Shown in pieces: positions 9,697 through 17,571 of a stretch of 64,000 nt of DNA. The stretch comes from Verrucomicrobiia bacterium (GTDB lineage: Bacteria; Verrucomicrobiota; Verrucomicrobiia; Limisphaerales; UBA1319). The notes beneath the pieces are model-generated. The model had not been told where the DNA came from and searched no databases. It worked only from the letters and a program-made list of their open reading frames with translations. How positions within the stretch are numbered: the stretch's first letter is position 1; every line of letters begins with the position of its first letter. The stretch spans positions 5,664,001 through 5,728,000 of the forward strand of contig OY760937.1 of the NCBI GenBank assembly GCA_963664225.1, written 5' to 3'. A program made the position numbers and the translations under genes.

Positions 9697-11259
9697 ATGA
9701 GAACTGACATTGGAGGGGCGCAAAAACGGGCGGGGAACCCCTGTTTTGCCTGGGGGCGAATCGGGTTGCGGGATGTATTATGGCTCTGGCTTTTGGGGAT
9801 GGCATTTGGTGTCCACGCGCAATTCGATGAGATTCAATCACGCATCTCCGAGTTCGTGCTGGATAATGGCATGAAATTCATCGTTCTGGAGCGGCATCAG
9901 GCTCCGGTGGTTTCCTTTTACACTTACGCGGATGTTGGCTCGGCTCAAGAGGTGGAAGGCACCACCGGATTGGCGCATCTTTTCGAGCACATGGCATTCA
10001 AGGGAAGCCAGAAAATTGGGACCAGGGATTATGAAAAGGAGCAATCAGCCCTTGCGAAGGAAGATGCGGCCTATGCGGCTTTTTCGGCAGCGCGCCGACA
10101 GGGGGCGTCAACGGAGGTTTTGAAGCCGCTTGAGGAGGCGTTTCAAGCGGCACAGGCCGAGGCGGGAAAATGGGTGGTCAAGGGTGAATTTGACGAGGCG
10201 GTGGAACGCGCGGGGGGCAGGGGACTTAACGCCAACACGGCTTCAGACCGAACCGTCTTTTTTTTCAGTCTGCCTTCCAATGAGTCGGAACTCTGGTTTT
10301 ATTTGGATTCGGAACGGTTTTATGAGCCGGTGCTGCGCGAATTTTACAAGGAACGCGATGTCGTGATGGAGGAACGGCGCCTGAGTGTGGAAGGCAATCC
10401 CATTGGAAAACTGATCGAGGAGTTTTTGTCTGTTGCCTACAAGGCGCACTCCTATAAATCACCGACCATCGGATACATGAGCGATTTGCAGAATCTCACG
10501 CGCGGTGATGCCCGGGATTTCTTCAGCAAATACTATGTTCCCAGCAATTTGACGGCGGTGGTTGTGGGAGATGTGGATGCCCCCCGGATACGGGCGCTTG
10601 CGGAAACCTATTTTGGGAGAATTCCCCGAAAACCAGCTCCAGAGCCTTTGCGGACCGTTGAGCCGCCACAAGCGGGTGAACGCTCTTTCAAACTGCGTCT
10701 GCAATCCCAGCGGGTCAGCCTGGTTGGCTATCACAAGCCGGGCATTCAGCATCCGGATAACGCGGTTTATGATGCCTTGGGCAGCTTGTTGAGCGAGGGC
10801 CGCTCCTCCCGTTTATATCGAAGCCTGGTGCGCGATCAGAAAATCGCGGTCGAAGCCGGAGGATTCTCGGGATTCCCGGGCCAAAAATATCCAGGAGTGT
10901 TTTTGTTTTATGCCTTTACTGCTCCCGGGCACGAAAATGCGGAGGTGGAAAAGGCTTTGGATGGTGAGATCGAGAGGCTATGCAAGGAATTGGTGTCTGC
11001 GGAGGAGTTGGACGGGGTTAAGAGACGCGCACGCGCCAATCTGTTGCGTCAATTGGATGACAACGCCGGACTGGCCATGCAACTGGCGGATTGGCAGGGG
11101 TTGACGGGGGATTGGCATAATCTGTTTCGGCAACTGGACAAGATCAATGCGGTGACGCCTGCCGACATACAACGTGTGGCCAAGGCAACGTTCAAGGAAA
11201 TCAATCGCACGGTCGGCACGATAGAACCAGCGCAGCCCAATGCGGAATCGGCACAATAA
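9697..11259 (+). CDS. M16 (pitrilysin/insulinase) zinc peptidase, catalytic subunit
   Basis: Inverted Zn motif 'HLFEH' in 'TGLAHLFEHMAFKGS', 'LNANT', 'ERDVVMEERR', 'YYVPSN', 'SSRLYRSLV'; hydrophobic signal-like N-terminus. Confidence 0.92.
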   Translation: MRTDIGGAQKRAGNPCFAWGRIGLRDVLWLWLLGMAFGVHAQFDEIQSRISEFVLDNGMKFIVLERHQAPVVSFYTYADVGSAQEVEGTTGLAHLFEHMAFKGSQKIGTRDYEKEQSALAKEDAAYAAFSAARRQGASTEVLKPLEEAFQAAQAEAGKWVVKGEFDEAVERAGGRGLNANTASDRTVFFFSLPSNESELWFYLDSERFYEPVLREFYKERDVVMEERRLSVEGNPIGKLIEEFLSVAYKAHSYKSPTIGYMSDLQNLTRGDARDFFSKYYVPSNLTAVVVGDVDAPRIRALAETYFGRIPRKPAPEPLRTVEPPQAGERSFKLRLQSQRVSLVGYHKPGIQHPDNAVYDALGSLLSEGRSSRLYRSLVRDQKIAVEAGGFSGFPGQKYPGVFLFYAFTAPGHENAEVEKALDGEIERLCKELVSAEELDGVKRRARANLLRQLDDNAGLAMQLADWQGLTGDWHNLFRQLDKINAVTPADIQRVAKATFKEINRTVGTIEPAQPNAESAQ

Positions 11260-12770
11260 TGGGAAGGAGAGATTTGATGAAAACATTACATTCTTTTATG
11301 GGGCAGACCATCGGGCGCTACGCTTTGGCGTTTCTTTGTGTTGGGATTGTCGTTGCAGCGATACCTGTCAGAGCCGAAAAACCCGTCGATTCGTACAAGG
11401 ATCTGCAATATCCGCCTCTGAATAATCTGCAGATACCCCAACCCAACCGCATCGAATTGGGCAATGGAATCGTACTGTTTTTGATCGAGGATCACGAGTT
11501 GCCGATGGTCAATGTTTCGGTGTTGATCCGGGGTGGGACACGGAGCGAACCGGTGGCCAAAGCAGGCGTGGCTGATTTGTGCGGAACGGTGATGCGCACC
11601 GGGGGGACGGCGAGCCGCCCGGGTGACAAGCTGGACGAGGAATTGGACCGATTGGGAGCGGCGGTCGAGACGGGCATGAGCGACGACCTGGGCTCGGCAA
11701 GTGTATCCGTTCTGAAGGAAGACACAGACAAGGGACTGGCGATCCTGTCCGATCTATTGCAGAATCCCGCCTTTCCTGAGGAGAAAATTGAACTCGCGAA
11801 GATTGGTATCCGGGATTCAATTGCGCGCCGCAATGACAATCCTGGCGGGATCGTTTTTCGCGAGTTTGAACGTATTCTTTTTGGAACAAACTCGGCTTAC
11901 GGTCACCAGCCGGAATACGCCACCGTGGATTCCATCAAGCGCGACGATTTGATCGCATTTTACAAACAGTTTTACCAACCGGAGAATTTGATCGTGGGAG
12001 TCTGGGGTGATTTCAAAGCCTCTGAAATGCAGGCAAAAATCGAAGGAACACTAGGAGCGTGGAAAAAAGGAGGGAATCCAAAGCCTGCAATTCCAGCCGT
12101 GGACACCGCCGTGGAACGGTCCGGGACTTATTACATCGGCAAAGAGGACATCAATCAGACCTGGATAGTGGTGGGGCATTTGGGCGGCCAAAGGAACGAC
12201 CCCGATTATTATGCGCTAAACTTAATGAATCGCATCCTGGGCGGCAGCATGGCCTCGCGCATGTTCAGCAACATCCGTTCGGACATGGGACTGGCCTATA
12301 ATATCCGTTCCATTTGGAACGCCGAATGGGATCATCCGGGCGAGTTTATCGCCAGCGGCAGCACAAAAGCAGGAACGACCGTCAAGATGTTGAACGCCAT
12401 GAAGCATGAGATTCAGCGATTGACTGAGGAAGAGGTGACCGATGAGGAATTGTCACGCGCCAAGGACGGTGTCCTTAAGGGATTCGCTTTTGAGTTTGAT
12501 TCCACAGGCAAGGTGGTGCAGCGAATGATGAATTACGAGTTCTACGGGTATCCACACGATTACCTTCAACGCTTCCGTGAGAATATCGAAAAAGTCAGCC
12601 GGGCCGATATTCTGAACGCGGCTAAAAAACATCTTCATCCCGATCAATCGATCCAATTGCTTTTGGGCCGGGAAAAGGATTTTGACCAGCCGCTGTCAAC
12701 TCTGGGGAAAGTCACTCCGGTGGATATCACAATTCCCGGAGCGCCAGAGGCTGATTCTACGAATAAATAG
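11259..12770 (+). CDS. M16 peptidase non-catalytic partner subunit
   Basis: M16 fold without HxxEH; R/Y pair in 'SRMFSNIRSDMGLAY'; signal peptide; start overlaps or abuts the upstream stop (alternative ATG at 11277). Confidence 0.88.
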   Translation: MGRRDLMKTLHSFMGQTIGRYALAFLCVGIVVAAIPVRAEKPVDSYKDLQYPPLNNLQIPQPNRIELGNGIVLFLIEDHELPMVNVSVLIRGGTRSEPVAKAGVADLCGTVMRTGGTASRPGDKLDEELDRLGAAVETGMSDDLGSASVSVLKEDTDKGLAILSDLLQNPAFPEEKIELAKIGIRDSIARRNDNPGGIVFREFERILFGTNSAYGHQPEYATVDSIKRDDLIAFYKQFYQPENLIVGVWGDFKASEMQAKIEGTLGAWKKGGNPKPAIPAVDTAVERSGTYYIGKEDINQTWIVVGHLGGQRNDPDYYALNLMNRILGGSMASRMFSNIRSDMGLAYNIRSIWNAEWDHPGEFIASGSTKAGTTVKMLNAMKHEIQRLTEEEVTDEELSRAKDGVLKGFAFEFDSTGKVVQRMMNYEFYGYPHDYLQRFRENIEKVSRADILNAAKKHLHPDQSIQLLLGREKDFDQPLSTLGKVTPVDITIPGAPEADSTNK

Positions 12771-12932
12771 GTGGAGTTGGCATCGCGAACGGAATGCTTG
12801 ACCTCTTGAATTCAATCCTATTCCAAAGGTTTCCAATTTGACGGCGTTGGAACTCTGAGGTTTATTCGTGAATGGTCTAAATCTCAGGTATGCCGGATTG
12901 GTTGCACGGCCTGACAGTGGACTGTGCTGCCG

Positions 12933-13715
12933 ATGAACGAAAACAAGCCGATGATATTGTTGTGCCGCTGCTCCCGCGGCGATGTCTCCCATGCGCAAGC
13001 TCAGGAACGCATGGCTCGCGCCCTTGAAGCGGCGCAACTGACTTTCCTGACTGTCGATGATTTGTGCGGACTGGCCGCACTCAAGGATCCTGTTTTGCGC
13101 GAGGTATTGGACAATCATTCCACGACCGTTCTGGCGTGCCATCCCCGCGCCGTTAATTGGTTGATTCGTTCGAGTGGTTCCCAAGCCAATCGAGCCACTC
13201 TTTTAAATTCGCGCGATGAGGCGGCCGAGCCAATTGTCGCACGCCTTCTTGAAACGGGTCTTCCTTCCGGCGATTTCACCTCAATTGTATTCAAGAAAGC
13301 CGGCGAATGGGTTCCATGGTTTCCGGTGATCGACTATGATCGCTGCAAGAATTGCAAACAATGTTTGAGCTTTTGCCTCTTCGGAGTATATGGGTTGGAT
13401 GCGGAGGGTCGTGTATCGGTGGCTAATCCCCAAGGGTGCAAGACCAATTGTCCGGCCTGCGCACGGATTTGCCCTGACGTTGCCATTATTTTTCCGAAAT
13501 ACAACCAGGCGCCAATCAACGGTGCTCCCATCGTGGACGAAAGCTCCGAGCGAGCGAAGGTCAAAGTCAATGTTCAGGAAATTCTGGGCTCTGACATTTA
13601 TGGGGCGTTATCGGAACGCAAGAAGAAAGCCCGGTCTCTGCTGGTCAAGAAATCAGCCAGTCCTGGCGGCCTTGATTTGAACGCACATCAGCCTGCATCG
13701 CCACTCAAACCCTGA
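12933..13715 (+). CDS. Fe-S protein: HdrA-N-terminal-like Cys module plus 2x[4Fe-4S] ferredoxin domain
   Basis: 'CKNCKQCLSFC' and 'CKTNCPACARICP' ferredoxin motifs; N-terminal 'LLCRCS...DLCG...LACHPRA...NSRD'. ORF track start is GTG 12924. Confidence 0.8.
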   Translation: MNENKPMILLCRCSRGDVSHAQAQERMARALEAAQLTFLTVDDLCGLAALKDPVLREVLDNHSTTVLACHPRAVNWLIRSSGSQANRATLLNSRDEAAEPIVARLLETGLPSGDFTSIVFKKAGEWVPWFPVIDYDRCKNCKQCLSFCLFGVYGLDAEGRVSVANPQGCKTNCPACARICPDVAIIFPKYNQAPINGAPIVDESSERAKVKVNVQEILGSDIYGALSERKKKARSLLVKKSASPGGLDLNAHQPASPLKP

Positions 13716-13723
13716 TATTGTCC

Positions 13724-14917
13724 ATGATGCTCCAATTGGCCCGCCGGTTTCTTACCGAACCTGACAAACGTTTGCTTGCGAAACTGGCATGGAATTGCGG
13801 ATGGAAAGGCATGCTGGCCATCAACGCTTTCAATCGGCGTCGCAAACGGGGCGTTTATTTTCCGGCCTTTGTTTTTTTATCGGTGACCAACAAGTGCAAT
13901 CTACACTGTCAAGGTTGCTGGGTTTCAGTGAATAGTCCGCCCCGGGTGTTGGATGGTGGGACTCTTGATCGCGTGGTTACAGAATGCAAGGCGCAGGGGG
14001 CTTCGTTTTTCGGAATTCTTGGGGGTGAGCCATTACTGCACCCGGAAATCTTCGACGTGATCTCCAGACATGGAGACTGCTATTTTCAACTCTTCACCAA
14101 TGGAACTTTATTGACGGATGAGGTGGCTGCGAAATTGAGGCGGTTGGGCAATGTCACGCCTTTGATCAGTGTCGAGGGCAGCGAGCAGGTCAGCGACGAA
14201 CGACGGGGTGGCAATGAAGTCTATCGCAGGTCAATGAGCGGGATTGATGCCTGTCGGCGCAACCGGCTCTTTTTCGGCGTGGCCACGAGCGTTTGCCGGT
14301 CGAACTTTTCAGATTTGGTTTCGCGCAAATTTGTCGATGAATTGATTGCGCGTGGAGCGCATTATTTGTGGTATTACATCTACAGGCCCGTGGGGGCGGA
14401 TCCTTCCCCGGAATTGGCGCTTTCAGAAAATGAAATTGTGGAATTGCGTCAGTTCATGGTTAACATCCGGGCAGAGGCGCCCATTGTGGTGGTGGATGCC
14501 TATTGGGATCACGAAGGGCGCGCCTTGTGTCCGGCAGCCACGGGCATCAGTCATCACATCGGTCCGGGCGGGGATGTCGAGCCGTGCCCGGTGGTCCAGT
14601 TCGCGCGGGAAAATATTGGTGACGGCTCGCAAATGGTGAAACAAATCACCGAGTCCAAGTTCCTTGAGCGGTTCAGGGAATTTTCCAGCAGTGCAACGCG
14701 TGGCTGCGTTCTCATGGATCATCCAGAGGCGTTGCGGCAGTTCTTGATCGAGCAAAACGCAAAGGACACGACAGGTCGAGGTACCGGACTCAAGGAGTTG
14801 GCAGGAATGGCAACGCTACCCTGCCATCACGTTCCGGGTCGTGAAATTCCTGAAAAGCAGTGGATGTATCGGTTTGCCAAGAAACACTGGTTCTTTGGTT
14901 TCGGGGCCTATGGATGA
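13724..14917 (+). CDS. Radical SAM enzyme with SPASM/twitch-like C-terminal domain
   Basis: 'TNKCNLHCQGCW' (CxxxCxxC), 'GGEP', 'FTNGTL', C-terminal 'CPAATG...IGPGGDVEPCP...RGC'. ORF track start is TTG 13718. Confidence 0.92.
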   Translation: MMLQLARRFLTEPDKRLLAKLAWNCGWKGMLAINAFNRRRKRGVYFPAFVFLSVTNKCNLHCQGCWVSVNSPPRVLDGGTLDRVVTECKAQGASFFGILGGEPLLHPEIFDVISRHGDCYFQLFTNGTLLTDEVAAKLRRLGNVTPLISVEGSEQVSDERRGGNEVYRRSMSGIDACRRNRLFFGVATSVCRSNFSDLVSRKFVDELIARGAHYLWYYIYRPVGADPSPELALSENEIVELRQFMVNIRAEAPIVVVDAYWDHEGRALCPAATGISHHIGPGGDVEPCPVVQFARENIGDGSQMVKQITESKFLERFREFSSSATRGCVLMDHPEALRQFLIEQNAKDTTGRGTGLKELAGMATLPCHHVPGREIPEKQWMYRFAKKHWFFGFGAYG

Positions 14918-14960
14918 GGCATTGAATACAGCACATGATTTCCTATAGATTTCAAAGATC

Positions 14961-16625
14961 GTGATGACGCCAAAAACATCTCCGCGCAAGCGTCTGGCAC
15001 AGGATGCTTCGGCATCGCATCACCCGCGAGAGGAGGGAAACTACGGCGTGCCCGCGCAAAAATCGGTGCGGGAGGCGGTGCGCGCATCCGTCCGTCAATA
15101 CGTGCGTCAATTGGAATTGGTGCCACCCTTATCAATGGAGGAATTGCGGGAGCATACAGACGCCCTATTGCAGAACAACGGCCTCGACCATGTCTATCGG
15201 GATTTTATCACTGTATTGGTGGGAAATGAAGTGTGGTGGAATACGATGGCGGGCATTCCATTTGAACGGCGCGTTTTAATGCTGCCGCAATGCCTGAGGA
15301 TCAAATCGGATTGTCCGGCGGTCATGGACGAATTGGGATTGTTATGCGAGCAATGCGGGCAATGCCCCACCGGGGACATTCAAGAGGAGGCCGAAGACTT
15401 GGGCTATGTGGTTCTGGTGGCGGAGGGAACCACCGTGGTGACCAAATTGCTTGAGCAAGGCAAAGTGGACGCGGTCATCGGCATCAGTTGCCTGTCGGTT
15501 CTCGAGCGCGCCTTTCCTCATATGGCCACACATGCGATCCCCGGAATTGCCATTCCCCTGGTTCGCGATGGTTGTGAAAACACCCAGGCGGATTTGGACT
15601 GGGTGCGGGAGGCGATCCATTTGAAGTCCGATGCCCGGTGGCTTGGACGCATCGACATCGAGCGACTGCGGATCGAGGTCGAGACCTGGTTCATGCCGCA
15701 CGCATTGCGGCCGTTGATTTGCCGCGAGGGAACAGAGACCGAAGATATTGCGCTTGATTGGCTCGCGGTTTCGGGCAAGAGGTGGCGCCCGGTTCTGGCT
15801 GCTTGTGTTTATAAGGCGCTGTCGGTCGAGGAGGAAGGTCAACCGGCGGAAAATATTCACAAGCTGGCAGTTGCCATGGAATGTTTTCATAAGGCCTCGC
15901 TGGTGCATGACGACATCGAAGATGAAGACGAGTTGCGGTATGGGAAGGAAACACTTCACAAGCGCCACGGAATACCCATAGCCCTGAATGTCGGCGACTT
16001 GTTGCTGGGCGAGGGTTACCGGTTGGTTGCGGAGTGTGGGGCCTCGCCTGCCCAGACGGCAACCATGCTGGGCGTTGTAGCGGAGGCTCATCGCAATTTG
16101 TGCCTCGGACAGGGTGAAGAGCTGTGTTGGATGCGCAATCCAACGGCCCTGTCATCGCGCAAGGTTCTCGATTTATTTCGACGGAAAACAGCGCCTGCGT
16201 TTGAAGTGGCGCTTCGGCTTGGGGCCATTCGCGCCGATGCCGGAAACGAGGTTGGGAGCGTGTTAAAAGCCTACAGTGAATCTCTGGGCATCGCTTTCCA
16301 AATACGCGATGACCTGGAGGACTTTTCCGGCAAGGACAATGACACCGAAGCGATGCGCCCTTCGATTCTTCACGCACTTGCTTACGAGAGCGCCACAGTT
16401 GCCATGCGGGATGTGTTGGAAGCCGCATGGAAGGATGGCAGGAACGCTGGAACTCAAAACGCCACGGTGCGGGAGTTGATGATGAACGAGCGGGCTGAGG
16501 AAAAGGCGCGTCAGTTGCTTGAGCATTACAAGAATGAGGCAATTCGCTCGCTGGGGCCATTGCGAAACGCTCAACTAAAAAGCCTTTTGCGTCGCGTGGT
16601 TGGAAAAATCGTTGGGTCGATTTAA
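14961..16625 (+). CDS. DUF116-trans-polyprenyl diphosphate synthase fusion
   Basis: Cys-rich DUF116-like 'RRVLMLPQCLR...CEQCGQC...IGISCL...GC'; then 'GKRWRP', FARM 'DDIED', 'GQ', 'KT', SARM 'FQIRDDLED'. Confidence 0.88.
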   Translation: MMTPKTSPRKRLAQDASASHHPREEGNYGVPAQKSVREAVRASVRQYVRQLELVPPLSMEELREHTDALLQNNGLDHVYRDFITVLVGNEVWWNTMAGIPFERRVLMLPQCLRIKSDCPAVMDELGLLCEQCGQCPTGDIQEEAEDLGYVVLVAEGTTVVTKLLEQGKVDAVIGISCLSVLERAFPHMATHAIPGIAIPLVRDGCENTQADLDWVREAIHLKSDARWLGRIDIERLRIEVETWFMPHALRPLICREGTETEDIALDWLAVSGKRWRPVLAACVYKALSVEEEGQPAENIHKLAVAMECFHKASLVHDDIEDEDELRYGKETLHKRHGIPIALNVGDLLLGEGYRLVAECGASPAQTATMLGVVAEAHRNLCLGQGEELCWMRNPTALSSRKVLDLFRRKTAPAFEVALRLGAIRADAGNEVGSVLKAYSESLGIAFQIRDDLEDFSGKDNDTEAMRPSILHALAYESATVAMRDVLEAAWKDGRNAGTQNATVRELMMNERAEEKARQLLEHYKNEAIRSLGPLRNAQLKSLLRRVVGKIVGSI

Positions 16626-16630
16626 GAGTC

Positions 16631-17566
16631 ATGGCTGACGCGGCATCCATAGTTCCAACAAGCAGCGAAGGAATGTTGGCGGTCATCCGCCAGGCTGCAA
16701 GCCAGTTGGAGCCGGATATTCACGACAGTCTCGAGGCCTTTTTGATGAGCCAGTGGACTGCGGCGGGCGGTGCTCGAAATCGCGCCGGCACTGCGGATCT
16801 CTATTACACGGTCTTTCTATTGGAATGTTGCCTCGGGATGGACCTGGCTATTCCGCAGCGACAAGTTCTCGAGTTTTTGAATGGATTTGGAACTGGTCAA
16901 TCCCTTGATTTTGTTCATCGGGCCTGTCTGGCGCGTTGCCGCGGAGTTCTTCCTGAAACCCAATCAGCATCGAACATAAACACTGTAATACTGCGAGGCC
17001 TTGAAGAATTCCGGCTTCCGGATGGCGGCTATAACCAGAATGCGTTGGATCCCGAACGCTGTGAGGATGGGCCGCTTTCGGGCGCGCTGTATGACGGTTT
17101 TCTCGCATTAATGGCTTGGGACGCATTAGGGGGTGTGTTGCCGCGTTCAGAGGAGTTTCTTCAATGGTTGAAAACGATCCAACCCTCTGGAGGTGGTTAC
17201 GGCAACGATGCGGGATTTCAAGCGCCTACCACGCCCGTCACGGCAGGCGCCGTGATGCTTATGGCGCGTCATGGTTTTCCAATACCCAATACAGTGGGCG
17301 ATTGGTTGATGGATCAGCATCAGAGCTTGGGAGGCTTTTTGGCAGCACCCATGGCACCCATGCCGGACTTGCTTTCCACAGCCACAGCATTGCACGCCCT
17401 GCATGTGTTAAAGCGTCCAATGGGAGAAGCAGGTTCAAAGTGTCTGGAGTTTGTCGAGTCCCTATGGGCGGAGGCCGGTGGTTTTCGAGGGTATCTGGAA
17501 GATGACCAGGCGGACGTGGAATATACCTATTACGGTTTGCTCGCTTTGGGTCATTTGGCACGGTAA
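16631..17566 (+). CDS. Prenyltransferase/squalene-oxidase-repeat protein (single alpha/alpha barrel, GGTase-beta-like)
   Basis: Repeats 'GGARN..ADLYYT', 'DGGYN', 'GGYGN', 'GGFLA..PDLLST', 'GGFRG..ADVEYTYY'. Confidence 0.8.
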   Translation: MADAASIVPTSSEGMLAVIRQAASQLEPDIHDSLEAFLMSQWTAAGGARNRAGTADLYYTVFLLECCLGMDLAIPQRQVLEFLNGFGTGQSLDFVHRACLARCRGVLPETQSASNINTVILRGLEEFRLPDGGYNQNALDPERCEDGPLSGALYDGFLALMAWDALGGVLPRSEEFLQWLKTIQPSGGGYGNDAGFQAPTTPVTAGAVMLMARHGFPIPNTVGDWLMDQHQSLGGFLAAPMAPMPDLLSTATALHALHVLKRPMGEAGSKCLEFVESLWAEAGGFRGYLEDDQADVEYTYYGLLALGHLAR

Positions 17567-17571
17567 TCGAC

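Noticed and set aside
12806..12815. Palindrome ttgaattcaa upstream of the terpene operon as an FNR-type site
   Set aside because: Spacing does not match TTGAT-N4-ATCAA, and a single 10-mer is weak evidence.
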